DNA of 63,659 bases, counting the filler, from Barthelona sp. PAP020 (Eukaryota): assembly GCA_040182905.1 (NCBI GenBank). It is 11 parts of 11 records of this genome, joined end to end, with 100 filler letters (N's around TTAATTAATTAA, not from the genome) between each part and the next. Parts side by side here need not be neighbours in the genome. Positions count along the whole stretch, not along the records: positions 29,264 to 34,940 come from JARQWU010000587.1; positions 35,041 to 40,697 come from JARQWU010000588.1; positions 40,798 to 46,446 come from JARQWU010000589.1; 8 more parts are not named here. One strand, 5' to 3'. Position numbers and translations under genes: made by a program. This document shows, one piece after another, positions 32,783 through 43,952 of the stretch. Position 1 is the stretch's first letter; each line of letters starts with the position of its first letter. The notes under the pieces are model-generated. The model saw only the letters and a list, made by a program, of their open reading frames with translations. It was not told the origin of the DNA and made no database searches.

Positions 32783-33925
32783 ATGACAAATGTTGTTCTT
32801 GCTTTCGATTCATTCAAAGACAGTATTTCTTCCAATGAACTATGTGATATTTTTGAAAAAGAGTTGATAGAACTATACGATGTCAACATTATTAAAAAAC
32901 CCATTGCTGATGGTGGTGAAGGATTTGTTTCAAGCATTTACAATTCTAATCCTTCACAATTCATTATAAATGAATTTGAAGTTACAAGTTCAGTCAATGA
33001 AAGAATCATTACAAAATATTTGTTAAGTTTAGATGAAAAAACTGCTATTTTTGAAATGGCGACTATTGCTGGATTAGAAATAACACCAAAAGAAAAAAGA
33101 AACCCTCTTTATACAACTTGTTTTGGTATTGGTGAATTATTGAGAAAATTTTTGGATCTTGGGATTGAACATACAATTATTGGAATCGGTGGATCAGCTA
33201 CAAATGAAGGAGGTTTAAGTGTTTTGCAAGGTTTGGGCATTGAGCTTTTTGACACATTGAATCATCGTATTGTTCAGCCAATTGATGGTTCATCTTTAAA
33301 TAAAGTTCATAAAATTATTATTCCTGATGAATTAAGACAGAGAATGCAAAGTATGCACATAACTTTTGCTTGTGATGTTGAAAATCCTTATATCGGTCCA
33401 CATGGTGCAGCTTTCACGTATGCAAAACAAAAAGGAGCAAATGAAAATGAAATAAATACTCTTGAAAATAATATGATACATTCAAATGAACTAATTTTTG
33501 ATCATTTTGGTGTTGATTTGTCGAAAGTAAAAGGTACTGGGGCTGCTGGTGGTATTGCCGGGCCTCTTTACGCAATATTTAATGCAGAATTGAAGTCTGG
33601 CATTAAAATTGTCCTTGAATTTACAAAATTAAGGGAAGTGTTGAAGATAGCTAATCTTCTCATTACTGGAGAAGGTAAAGTTGATAATCAAACAAAAAAT
33701 GGCAAGGCTATATCTGTTATTGAAAAAGAATGTGAAGAAATGGGTGTTCCAATAATTATTGTATGTGGAATGTGTGATTTAGAACAAAAAAAAGACAATA
33801 TCGTTGCATTAATTGATCATTTCCCTTTATCAGAGTGTATGAATAACACAAAAGAATGTCTTTCTGTTTTGATTAATCAACACATAAGAATTTTAATGCC
33901 AAAAAACATTTCTTTGAAAGATTAA
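32783..33925 (+). CDS. glxK: Glycerate kinase, bacterial class I (GlxK/GarK family)
   Basis: VLAFDSFKDS, PIADGGEG, IGIGGSATNEGG, ACDVENP, AKQKGA, GTGAAGG, LITGEGKVDNQTKNGK. Confidence 0.93.
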   Translation: MTNVVLAFDSFKDSISSNELCDIFEKELIELYDVNIIKKPIADGGEGFVSSIYNSNPSQFIINEFEVTSSVNERIITKYLLSLDEKTAIFEMATIAGLEITPKEKRNPLYTTCFGIGELLRKFLDLGIEHTIIGIGGSATNEGGLSVLQGLGIELFDTLNHRIVQPIDGSSLNKVHKIIIPDELRQRMQSMHITFACDVENPYIGPHGAAFTYAKQKGANENEINTLENNMIHSNELIFDHFGVDLSKVKGTGAAGGIAGPLYAIFNAELKSGIKIVLEFTKLREVLKIANLLITGEGKVDNQTKNGKAISVIEKECEEMGVPIIIVCGMCDLEQKKDNIVALIDHFPLSECMNNTKECLSVLINQHIRILMPKNISLKD

Positions 33926-34153
33926 CCTTTTTATCCAAAAAATATTAACTTTGAATACTTCCATAAAATGATAACAAAAATGTCTCACTTATTGTTCTCA
34001 TAGACTATTGAATTCTAAAAGTTTAATAAAATCAATATTGCTTTAAATTTTGTTTCTTCTTAAAAAAGATATTCTCATAATATTAACAAATTCAACACAT
34101 TCCTTTTGAAAGAAAGGTTGAAAAAAATTCGTCAAATTTTTTTTTTCGTTTAA

Positions 34154-34940
34154 ATGGTCGATTTGAATTTAGATGAGATTTTGGAAAAATTATTCAAATG
34201 TCAGTTAATTAAAGAAGCTGAAGTTAAAACCATATGTGAAAAAGTAAACGGTGAACATGTTTAAATAATTTCTAACAACAAAGGTCAAGGAAATATTGAT
34301 GCAAGAGAGTAATATTCAAGTGGTTAAAGCACCAATAACTTTAGTTGGAGATATTCATGGGCAATTCTATGATTTATTGGAAATGTTCAAATTAGGAGGA
34401 GATTTACCAGATACCAATTATTTATTTTTAGGAGATTTTGTTGATCGTGGTGTTTTTAGTGTTGAAACCGTCACTCTGTTACTTACATTAAAAGTCAAAT
34501 ATCCAAAAAGAATTTATTTATTGAGAGGAAATCATGAATCTCGCCAAACAACCCAAATTTATGGTTTTTATAATGAATGCAGAAGAAAATTCGGTTCTTT
34601 TAATGTTTGGCAATATTTTATGAATACTTTTGATTATTTGCCACTTGCTTGTTTGATAGAAAATCAAATTTTGGCTATTCATGGTGGTTTATCTCCTTCT
34701 TGTCGTTATTTAGATGAAATTCGTGGTTTCAATCGTGTTCAAGAAGTACCTCATGATGGTCTAATGGCAGATTTATTATGGTCAGACCCTGATGAACGAG
34801 GTAACACTGGTTATAGCATATCTCCTCGTGGTTGTGGTTTTTACTTTGGTAAAGATACTTCTCAAACTTTCTTACATGATAATAATTTAAAAATGATCGT
34901 TAGAGCTCATCAAATAGCTCCTGAAGGTTACATATCTTCC
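34154..34940 (+). CDS. PP2A-family Ser/Thr phosphatase catalytic subunit (PP4-like); exons 34154-34243 and 34284 to linker
   Basis: Spliced [72 protein letters not shown]. Confidence 0.93.
34244..34283 (+). other. Spliceosomal intron, 40 nt
   Basis: GTAAAC...TCTAACAACAAAG; removing it restores the conserved CEK-VKEIL. Confidence 0.9.
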
Positions 34941-35040
34941 NNNNNNNNNNNNNNNNNNNNNNNNNNNNNNNNNNNNNNNNNNNNTTAATTAATTAANNNN
35001 NNNNNNNNNNNNNNNNNNNNNNNNNNNNNNNNNNNNNNNN
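34941..35040. other. Artificial contig linker
   Basis: N44-TTAATTAATTAA-N44. Confidence 0.99.
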
Positions 35041-35042
35041 TT

Positions 35043-35300
35043 TCTGAAGCATTGGAGATTATTCCCACCACACTTGCTGAAAACGCTGGTTTAAATCCTG
35101 TTGAAACAATTACAAAACTCAGAGCTGCTCACACAAATGGTATGGTTTATGGAGGTTTGAACTGTGATGATGGTGAAGTGGTTGATATGAGAGAGTTGGA
35201 TGTTGTTCAACCTTTGTTGGTAAACACATCAAGCTTGACATTAGCCACCGAATGTGTTAGAATGCTCATGAAGATTGACGATATCGTGGGAACTTTGTAA
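35043..35300 (+). CDS. CCT4: CCT/TRiC chaperonin delta subunit, C-terminal fragment
   Basis: EALEIIPTTLAENAGLNP...VVQPLLV...LTLATECVRMLMKIDDIV. Confidence 0.85.
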   Translation, partial: SEALEIIPTTLAENAGLNPVETITKLRAAHTNGMVYGGLNCDDGEVVDMRELDVVQPLLVNTSSLTLATECVRMLMKIDDIVGTL

Positions 35301-35425
35301 TTTTACTTTTTCTCATAATGACACAACCGGAATAAACAACTTCAAAGTTTTTTTTTGTTGAAACCAAATTTTGAAAAATAAAATCAAGGCATTTTTATTT
35401 ACATCAACTTTTTAAGACAGTTTTG

Positions 35426-36406
35426 TCAAACTATCTCCACAAACGACTTTTTGCAAACAGAAGCCAGTTCATCCTTGATAGCAAAAAGAATTTCTGACTG
35501 AGAAACTGAATGTGTCAATCTTACCTTGATGCCAATGTACATTTCCCCTGGAATAAACTCAAAAGGTCGAATCCAATATATTTGCAGCACTCCTGTGATA
35601 TTCTTAATTTTCAACAACGTTTTATTCAAAGAATCTTGCTTATTTTTGGTTAATTTACCAATGAAAACGTCAAAACACTCACCTAAGAGGGGTTTTGCAC
35701 TAAAAAATATCGTTATTGCCAGAAACATGGAAATTATCGGATCAATAACCAACAAACCTTTATATTTCACTAATAAAGATCCACAAACAACCCCAACACT
35801 TCCAAATGTATCAGCAATGACATGTAAAAGTACCGATCGCATATTCATTTCATGTGCATTTCGTTCATCTTCAGAACTACTTTGTATCGCTGGATCATAT
35901 ACTTTTGTATTCTCTTTGGCAACAGATGAGCTTTCATTAGGACGAGAACCTTCTCTAAATGTAAAAAAAAAAATTCCCACTATATTGACAATTAACCCTA
36001 TAACTGAAACAACAAATAACTGATCTCCAAAGCGTATCTCAGGTGGGTCAGCTATTCTTTGAATTGCTTCCAAAAATACAAAAAAAGCAACATATAACAA
36101 TAAAGTTCCATTACAAAAGGCTGCTATTAATTCAAACCGTCGAAATCCAAAACGATGTGTGTTTGTTATAGGTTTGTCTGATTGAAAAACAGCTAAAAGA
36201 GACACAAAAAGAGATAAACAATCACATAACATATGAAATGAATCTGATATCAATCCTAAAGAATTTGTTAATAATCCCCAAATTAATTCAACAAACATAA
36301 ATACCCCATTTAACAACAAAAACAAAAACAATCGTCTTAAATCAGGATCTTTAAATAATCTACTATGTTTAACCTTGTCCGTTTGATGTTGAATCAATTT
36401 CAACAT
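35426..36406 (-). CDS. Cation diffusion facilitator (ZnT5/7-like zinc transporter)
   Basis: FMFVELIWG..TNSLGLISDSFHMLCDC; NMRSVLLHVIADTFGSVGV. Confidence 0.92.
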   Translation of the reverse strand: MLKLIQHQTDKVKHSRLFKDPDLRRLFLFLLLNGVFMFVELIWGLLTNSLGLISDSFHMLCDCLSLFVSLLAVFQSDKPITNTHRFGFRRFELIAAFCNGTLLLYVAFFVFLEAIQRIADPPEIRFGDQLFVVSVIGLIVNIVGIFFFTFREGSRPNESSSVAKENTKVYDPAIQSSSEDERNAHEMNMRSVLLHVIADTFGSVGVVCGSLLVKYKGLLVIDPIISMFLAITIFFSAKPLLGECFDVFIGKLTKNKQDSLNKTLLKIKNITGVLQIYWIRPFEFIPGEMYIGIKVRLTHSVSQSEILFAIKDELASVCKKSFVEIV

Positions 36407-36549
36407 CTAAAAAAAAAATGGAATCAAATTTTGTTCTTTTTTTTCATTGTTTTTATCATTTATCTTTGTCAAAAAAATTATAATTTAATAAAAACTATCA
36501 ATTTATATCTGTTTCCAAACAAATTATTAAAAAAAGAACAATTAAAAAT

Positions 36550-37887
36550 TTATAGATAATCTTCAACAGAAAGAAGTAAATAAAGTGGACTAAAATAAGG
36601 TTTTTGCCAAACAGGCAATGAATATTCAGAATTATTATCAATTGAGTCCAACAGACTCAAAGCCATAGAAAAATCAGGCAGTAATGCAACCAATTCTTTC
36701 AAAATAATTTTTGCCAATCCTTTCTGACCTTGTAATATAGCAAAATAAGCAAAAAGTAATTTCACATCAATAGATGTGTTATCATTAATCATCACTTCTG
36801 CTGACCTCAAATGTTGCCCAGAATTAGTTGAAATTCCATGTAAAACCAAAAAAATAGGAGAATCAACAATTCTACTGGCCTCTTCGGCCAACTGCAAAGC
36901 TATTTGAGTTTGCCTTTGTGAAGCATCTGGATGACAAAACAGCAAAACGGCACAAAACTCTATTAAATGTCCTAAAATGTCAATTTGCAAATCTACATTC
37001 AAAAAAGCAGGCAAAGTTTCAATTGCCTCCTCAACACTAACATTCAAAGTACGAAATAACCCTTTACTTACACCATAATAGTAAATTGAGAAGTGAAAAA
37101 CTTGAAAAAAAGTAAAAATATTCCATGATAAGCTTGAAGATTCCTTCATAGATAAAGAAAATATAGCCATTTGCATATTCGCTAAAAATCGCTTTACTTC
37201 GCTAGAAATATCACGATCTCGACGTGTGCTAACGATAGTTTGCAAAAATTTACTCAAATGACAAACAAACAAAGGATGTTTATGTCTTAAACCAGCAGAT
37301 AGATAAGTCTTCTGAATATTCTCTAAAATTGACAAGGAAGTATTCTGAACTGTGATAAAATACAATCTAAATGCCGGAACAAATATTAAATATGATGCTA
37401 AGATAGAAAAACGTGGATCTATCGATGAAAGATTCGGTGATAAAGCGTTCAATTTGTCCACAAGGGTCTCAAACTGATCTTCTTCTTCATTCAACAACAA
37501 ATCAAAAAAACCTTTGAAAACGTCTTCATTCTGATAATTATAAGAAAAGTCAACCAAGCAAACACTTAAACTTGTGGTGGAAAATGGTGTATCTTCATGG
37601 TTATCATAAAAATACCCAAACTTTTGTAAAATTCGCCTTAAAAATAGTTTATTGTGTTGATTTTGATACATTAACTTGCATGCTTCAAATAGTCTACCCT
37701 CATTTAAGAGATTTACGCTTCTTCTTTCCTCTACTTCCAATTTTTTTGACAAAATATTATCTATAGGTCGATAATCTCTTGAAGAACCATATAATAATTG
37801 AGTAAATGATACACTTTTCACCTTAAACATTTTCGACAACAAATTTCTTTGTTTTTTCGTTATTGTTATTGTATTTGTTTTCTTCAT
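36550..37887 (-). CDS. Hypothetical helical-repeat protein
   Basis: 445-aa ORF with a TPR-like C-terminal part; no family recognised. Confidence 0.6.
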   Translation of the reverse strand: MKKTNTITITKKQRNLLSKMFKVKSVSFTQLLYGSSRDYRPIDNILSKKLEVEERRSVNLLNEGRLFEACKLMYQNQHNKLFLRRILQKFGYFYDNHEDTPFSTTSLSVCLVDFSYNYQNEDVFKGFFDLLLNEEEDQFETLVDKLNALSPNLSSIDPRFSILASYLIFVPAFRLYFITVQNTSLSILENIQKTYLSAGLRHKHPLFVCHLSKFLQTIVSTRRDRDISSEVKRFLANMQMAIFSLSMKESSSLSWNIFTFFQVFHFSIYYYGVSKGLFRTLNVSVEEAIETLPAFLNVDLQIDILGHLIEFCAVLLFCHPDASQRQTQIALQLAEEASRIVDSPIFLVLHGISTNSGQHLRSAEVMINDNTSIDVKLLFAYFAILQGQKGLAKIILKELVALLPDFSMALSLLDSIDNNSEYSLPVWQKPYFSPLYLLLSVEDYL

Positions 37888-38167
37888 TAGTCCATTTTCT
37901 TATTTAACAACAAATTATTACAGAAATTTTTGACTTTAAGAAGATGTTTTTTCTTTTTTTCCAAAATTTCTTTGAATATTATTTTATCAATTGTTTATGA
38001 ATTTGTTAAGTTCCAATTTATCGAATTAACTTCGAAAAAAAAATCCACATCAAAGTTGATGTGATTGAATATCATTTTTATTGCATCATGTCCTACCCCT
38101 ATAAAGTGATTGTGGCAACATTTAATCTATTTAATTTACTTTTTAACATTATAATACAATAATATTA

Positions 38168-40522
38168 ATGGTTGTAGCAGATTATACTTGTCCAATTTGT
38201 TATTCGCCTTTTGTTGAACCTTTATGTTTAAGTTGTGGCCACTCATTATGTCATTCATGTGCGTCACAAGTAGTTCATTATTGTGGAGCACAATGTCCAA
38301 TATGTCGACAAAAAATCAAAGGATTTTATCCTAATATTTCTTTATCTTCAATATGTAATGATTCTTTTAGTTTAATGGATGATTTTAGCGAGAGTGGAAT
38401 AAGTCCTAAAACATTTTGTGATGCTCTATTGACTGTATTTAACGAAAATTCACAAAATCATGGGGTAATCTCGTTCAATTTAACAAATGAACCTTCACAA
38501 GAATTTATGTTTCATTCTAATGGTTCAAGACCAATTGCTACATCATATTCCCTTGAAAGTGAAGAATTGAAAGTTTTTTTTTCGAATGAATATTCTCAAG
38601 CAATTTCAATAATTGCTGCTAAAAATGGAGAAATTACTCATATTTATCAAGGTCAAGTGGATGAATGTATTTTGACGTTTCCTTGTGTCTTGGAAGATAA
38701 TAGCATTGTTTTCATTGAGACGGGTAATTTATACTTGAAAAAAATAATCGAACAGTTAGTGTGTACTGTATCTATCTTTGTATCTCCTGCCCAAATACGT
38801 GTGGAAAATCGTGATGAAATGCATTTGCTATTCTCCCAGATTTCCAACACTCTCAATGAAAATGACGATTTGTACGATGATTGTGCCCCTTTGATCGTCA
38901 ATTATTTGAGCATTGTCGCTTCTTTTGAATCTATTCTGTTTTGTAATCCCAATGAGACTCCAATACCCATTCAAAGAATTATCATTGAAAGTGGTATTAT
39001 TGGTTATCTTTTAAAGCCATTGGTTGCCCCATATAGTTTACTTCATGGTAATAACCTTGATTTCCCTAATTCATGCACATGTTTTCAAATGCGTAGTCAA
39101 TTACGTTCATTATTGTTAAATCTGCAACCATTTTCAGGGAAATATTTCCGAGATTTGGTTGATGGGATTTTGTTGTTTCAAACCGCCAGTGTTCGATTTT
39201 TTGAAGATCGTAACTCTCAGATTGACAACTTAAAACATGAAGGAGAACAGTTACGTGGACAGTTAAGACAATTAACTGAAGAAAGAGATAACTTGAAAAA
39301 AAAAATTGAAAGCATGAAAGAAAATTTTGAAGCAAAATTAGATACATTTGAAAACAACGTTAAACAACGTTTGTTAGACATGGAACAAATTGTTGAGAGC
39401 TTAGAACATCAAAGAAAAGAAGAAAGAGAGAAAATGGAGAAAGAAAAAGCGAAATTGACGAATACCATCAATTCTCAAACAACTCCTGTCAACTCAGATA
39501 TTTTTGGGTTTAATTTAACTTTCAATCAAAGTCAAGATACAGTTTTGAAGACAATCACAAAAATTAATGATGAGAATATCAAAATTGCCAAAAGTCGAGA
39601 ACAACTAAAGGAAAAGTTACACACTAAAAAAGATCAAATTCTCATTGACAACCCCACTATTTCAACGATTTCTGAAGAATTGAAGCTGTATACCACAATG
39701 TTAGATGAAGTGAAAGATAAGGCTAAAACAGAAATGGCCGTGTTTAATGATCCTGAAAATAAAGAAACAAACATTGAAATGGTCTTTAAGACTCTTGAAA
39801 ATATGGAAAAACTGGCAAAAGATGAAGAAAGTTTGGAAAATACCATGAATATTAAAATGAAATTGTCTTTAACACAGCTAAAAAATTTGGAAATTTATGA
39901 ACATCGAATTGATTTGCCTGCATTTTTGATGAAAAGTTTAAAGAATTTAAACAACATAAAAGAAGATGTACAACACCAATTTGATGTTTTAAATGATAAG
40001 TTAATGACTTTCAACAAATATCAAAAACATTTGAATGGTATTTTTAGGAACCCAAAAAATTTGCGAAAATTTGAAAGTTTTTATCAAAATCAAATGTCAA
40101 TAGAATTCGTTAAAAAGCAATCAAAGGTGTTACACACCAAGATCTATCAATTTTTGACCAATAAACAAATGGTTTTAGCAAAGAGAAATAGACTGCTGAA
40201 GATCTTCTTTAAGTTTAGATTAAAACTTAAGATTCAAAACAATTGTTTATCAAAAGAAGAAGAACATTATTTTATGCTTAATAAAAAGAAACGTGAATGT
40301 CTTCAAGTGGATGAATATTCTTTCAGTCATCATCAACAACTCATAAACCTTGAGAAGAAGTTGGAATTTGTGAAAAACAAAATTGAAAGACGAAACCTTA
40401 ATATCTCCATGTTACAAAATTATCAAAAGAACTCTCTATTAAACATTAAGAATTTTGTCATTGAAACTAACATTTTTTCGGATGTTCCTTACAAATTCTT
40501 AGCTCAATTGAACATAATGTAA
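38168..40522 (+). CDS. RING-HC finger + coiled-coil protein (putative E3 ligase)
   Basis: CPICYSPFVEPLCLSCGHSLCHSC...CPICR, followed by a long coiled coil. Confidence 0.85.
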   Translation: MVVADYTCPICYSPFVEPLCLSCGHSLCHSCASQVVHYCGAQCPICRQKIKGFYPNISLSSICNDSFSLMDDFSESGISPKTFCDALLTVFNENSQNHGVISFNLTNEPSQEFMFHSNGSRPIATSYSLESEELKVFFSNEYSQAISIIAAKNGEITHIYQGQVDECILTFPCVLEDNSIVFIETGNLYLKKIIEQLVCTVSIFVSPAQIRVENRDEMHLLFSQISNTLNENDDLYDDCAPLIVNYLSIVASFESILFCNPNETPIPIQRIIIESGIIGYLLKPLVAPYSLLHGNNLDFPNSCTCFQMRSQLRSLLLNLQPFSGKYFRDLVDGILLFQTASVRFFEDRNSQIDNLKHEGEQLRGQLRQLTEERDNLKKKIESMKENFEAKLDTFENNVKQRLLDMEQIVESLEHQRKEEREKMEKEKAKLTNTINSQTTPVNSDIFGFNLTFNQSQDTVLKTITKINDENIKIAKSREQLKEKLHTKKDQILIDNPTISTISEELKLYTTMLDEVKDKAKTEMAVFNDPENKETNIEMVFKTLENMEKLAKDEESLENTMNIKMKLSLTQLKNLEIYEHRIDLPAFLMKSLKNLNNIKEDVQHQFDVLNDKLMTFNKYQKHLNGIFRNPKNLRKFESFYQNQMSIEFVKKQSKVLHTKIYQFLTNKQMVLAKRNRLLKIFFKFRLKLKIQNNCLSKEEEHYFMLNKKKRECLQVDEYSFSHHQQLINLEKKLEFVKNKIERRNLNISMLQNYQKNSLLNIKNFVIETNIFSDVPYKFLAQLNIM

Positions 40523-40697
40523 CGTAATAGATCAAAAGATCAAATAATTAAATATTTATAAATTCAAGATATATCAATTCAATTTTTTTTTCTTCTTGTA
40601 TGAACCTTTTCCAGAACTTAACCAAATCAGAGATTGGGAATCTCAGTTGATTAATAAATAATAAACCTAAATCTTTATTCTTTTCGGGAGGTGCCTT

Positions 40698-40797
40698 NNN
40701 NNNNNNNNNNNNNNNNNNNNNNNNNNNNNNNNNNNNNNNNNTTAATTAATTAANNNNNNNNNNNNNNNNNNNNNNNNNNNNNNNNNNNNNNNNNNNN
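40698..40797. other. Artificial contig linker
   Basis: N44-TTAATTAATTAA-N44. Confidence 0.99.
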
Positions 40798-40799
40798 TC

Positions 40800-40994
40800 A
40801 CATTTGAATTGCCAGTTCTTAAAGTCTTTGCAGTTCCTTTATTACAACAAATAAAGCCTGATTCACCTTATTATGGTGAAGCCAGAAGATTGTTAGCAAT
40901 TCTTGATAAATTTTTGCCTTTGTCTCAAAAATATATCCATTGCACCTCTATTCTCCGTGAATTCATTGGAGACGGATATTATAATTATGATTAA
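40800..40994 (+). CDS. C-terminal fragment of an unidentified protein
   Basis: Frame open from the contig start to TAA 40994 with protein-like composition. Confidence 0.45.
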   Translation, partial: TFELPVLKVFAVPLLQQIKPDSPYYGEARRLLAILDKFLPLSQKYIHCTSILREFIGDGYYNYD

Positions 40995-41184
40995 GTTGAA
41001 TTTTTTTCAACTATTATAAGATAAACATTTTTTATTTCTGTATTTTTTTGTATTTTTTTGTTTATTCACATGTTTTTAGGGATAAAGTTATTTTGATATT
41101 CATATGAAAGGTTTTAGAAATGGTAAATCATGTTAAAAAATAGAAAAATATTCATTTATATTAACTTTTCCACATCAATGATGA

Positions 41185-43455
41185 ATGGGTATTGAGGATT
41201 TTATTACAAGAACACCACGAAAACAAAAAATTCAACCAAAAATCGAAAGAAATGGATCATTTGATGATGTTGAAAGATCAAGGGTTAATAGTGATTTTTT
41301 GACTTCTGATAATGATCAATTATTGAAACAATATCCTTCTCAAGAATTAACAACAACAAATAAAGATAAGAATTTGTTGAAAACTTTAAAAAATCACACA
41401 AGAAGTTCACCTAAAAGCAAAATTGGATCACCACCTCCTTTGCATAGATCTATTCCCAAATCTCCTAAGTCTCCCAAATCTCCCAAATCTCCTAAAATAT
41501 TAAATTCACCTTTAAGGTCTATTTTTGATAGCCCCATACAAATCAACAGTAGTCCTTTAACTTTGACTCCTTCTTCACCCCTTAGTCCAACAATAGATTC
41601 ACCACAAGAGCTTGAATATGAATTTTTTGCTGATATACAAAAAAAGAGAAGAGATCAGCAGAAAGAAAATGCAATATTAGCAAAAAAGAAGAGAGTGAAG
41701 CAATTACATGAAGCTGATTCTGCATTTAATGAAATGTTTAAAAAGTCTCATTCTTCATCAGCAATAGTTCCCAATTCTGACAAAACTTTGTATCCATTGT
41801 GGAATGGATGTGGTAAGAGTTTATCAACTGAATATTCGTTGAAGAGTTTGCGGCCTTTTTTTCATCAAGAGCATTCCTTTAATAATTTGACAGGAAACAA
41901 CTACAAATCAATGATATTCTTGAGAAATCTTCTGATGCATACAGTTCATAAGGGAAATCAGGTTATCGACGTGTTACCAAAGGATGTTTCTATTTATACA
42001 GAACGGTATTTTGAGTTAATTTCCCATAGTACAGCTAGAAAGGGCTTTTTAGAATTTCTTTCCTTTTATAAGCAGGATGATGATGATGAGTTTGATAACC
42101 AAGGAAATGCTTTGGTTGTTAGTGGAGGTAACGGGGTTGGAAAGTCTGTTTTTGTAAAGGAAATGGCTGAACAAGCAGGATTTAAACCAATCATTTTGGG
42201 CTTTGATAGTCAACGAGATACCACGAGCATTACGGAAATTTTCCAAAAATTTAATGTGCATAATCTACAATCACTTGATGGAAAGACCCATCTTTTAGTG
42301 CTAGACGATATTGAGCTCAGTACTGAAGAAACTGATCCAGGATTTATAAAAACTGTTGTTAAATTATTGCCTGCGTTAAAGATTCCTTTAGTTTTGGTGT
42401 GTTCTAAGTATCTTAGCAAGTTTGATCAATTTCTGTATCGTATTCATCTTCCTTCTCTTAGTAAACAAGAGAGTATTGAGATTTTGGACTATTGCTTTGT
42501 GCAAAAGAGTTTGATTGATGATGAAGCTGTTGTTACCTCCTTAAATGATGATATTTTAGGAGAATGTTTGGATATCTTTGGAAATGATGTTCGAAAGGTT
42601 GCTCAGAATCTGTTATTTTGGGGGATTAATCCATATTTAGATAAACATGTCATAAAAGAGACTTTAAATACACAAAACCCATTAGTTTCATATGGCACTT
42701 GCTTTGATGTTATTTTGAATCTACCAGACTTGAGTTTATGCAAGAGTTTTCTCGATAATAGTATTATTTTTGATAATTTAAGTCACTTGGATATTGATAC
42801 CTTGAATTTTTCTTGGTTTCCAAAGCGCTTTTCAAAGTATAAAAAAAGACATATGACAAAAATAGAGGGAACCATGATTAAGCCAAGATTTGAGAATTCT
42901 CCATTATTTGACACTCATTCTTTGATTATTGATCATATTAGTGTCAATTCTATTCCCACACCAAAAGAAATTATGAAACTAAAGAGTAAAGAGGAAAAAA
43001 TGAGAAGCGAAGATATAGATGACTTGGTTTCGTATTTGGAATTTCACTCTGACATTGATGTTTTTAAAAATGAGCATACAGACAGCAATTTTGTTCTATT
43101 TGCCAGTTGGAAACATGCAAATGTGAAGAGTGAAAAGCATTTACAAACAACAGTTCTTCAAGAGCTTAATGTCAAGTCAAAAAATATCAAACACAAGCTT
43201 CCTATCCATATTGGTGTGGGAGAATTTCCAGAAGACATTTTTGTTGGGTTCAAACAGTATAGTGGAGAACTTTTTGATGTTATTAGAACTATGGCATTAG
43301 CAGAAAAGCGTACTTTTTCTCCACAGATTGAAAATGAAGATGCAACCACAAAGACTTTTCCAAAACGACGAAAAAGAAGAAATCTCTTTCGTTCAGGTTT
43401 GAATTTAACTGAATCTCAACATGATTCGATCAGAAATTGGAACCCATTAAGTTGA
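41185..43455 (+). CDS. ELG1: ELG1/ATAD5-like alternative RFC large subunit (AAA+)
   Basis: LVVSGGNGVGKS...AEQAGF; LLVLDDIE...DPGFIKTV...KIPLVLVC; GNDVRK; N-terminal SP-rich tract. Confidence 0.7.
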   Translation: MGIEDFITRTPRKQKIQPKIERNGSFDDVERSRVNSDFLTSDNDQLLKQYPSQELTTTNKDKNLLKTLKNHTRSSPKSKIGSPPPLHRSIPKSPKSPKSPKSPKILNSPLRSIFDSPIQINSSPLTLTPSSPLSPTIDSPQELEYEFFADIQKKRRDQQKENAILAKKKRVKQLHEADSAFNEMFKKSHSSSAIVPNSDKTLYPLWNGCGKSLSTEYSLKSLRPFFHQEHSFNNLTGNNYKSMIFLRNLLMHTVHKGNQVIDVLPKDVSIYTERYFELISHSTARKGFLEFLSFYKQDDDDEFDNQGNALVVSGGNGVGKSVFVKEMAEQAGFKPIILGFDSQRDTTSITEIFQKFNVHNLQSLDGKTHLLVLDDIELSTEETDPGFIKTVVKLLPALKIPLVLVCSKYLSKFDQFLYRIHLPSLSKQESIEILDYCFVQKSLIDDEAVVTSLNDDILGECLDIFGNDVRKVAQNLLFWGINPYLDKHVIKETLNTQNPLVSYGTCFDVILNLPDLSLCKSFLDNSIIFDNLSHLDIDTLNFSWFPKRFSKYKKRHMTKIEGTMIKPRFENSPLFDTHSLIIDHISVNSIPTPKEIMKLKSKEEKMRSEDIDDLVSYLEFHSDIDVFKNEHTDSNFVLFASWKHANVKSEKHLQTTVLQELNVKSKNIKHKLPIHIGVGEFPEDIFVGFKQYSGELFDVIRTMALAEKRTFSPQIENEDATTKTFPKRRKRRNLFRSGLNLTESQHDSIRNWNPLS

Positions 43456-43952
43456 AGTTGTAAACATATTTTCTCATTTTTGTTTGGGTTATTTCTTTAA
43501 TTTCCTGATTTAAGAATGTAATCTTAAGCGATTGATTGTGACGAATATTAATATCTTTTAAATTGAAGAGATTGAAGGGTGTTGGTGTCTCTATCAACCC
43601 ATTTGAGTCATTCTTTTGATAGGAGTTTCAAAATTCTTTTCTCAATGCAGTTTATGCCTTTGAATTGGTTCTTTTTCTGTTTTAGTGACCAAAAGATCTC
43701 CCAAAATCAACTAGCAAGTTGAGTTTTGAATTGGTTTTCTTTATCAATATTCTTTATAAAATACTTTCTCTTGCACAAATTAAAGCACATTTTTCTCTTG
43801 TCTTTGTAAAAAACAGATAGATGTCGTGTTTATAAACAAGAACCAATATTTCAATCCCATTTTTCATTCTTCCTGTATAATTTATAATCATTTCAATGAT
43901 TCTGACGATTATGTTTCCTTGCAGCTAAATCTAATTTTTCTTGAAAAAAAAA

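Noticed and set aside
43500..43950. Long non-genic stretch with protein-like fragments on the minus strand (similar at 51600-52000)
   Set aside because: Multiple stops and no recognisable homology; a pseudogene is possible but cannot be supported.
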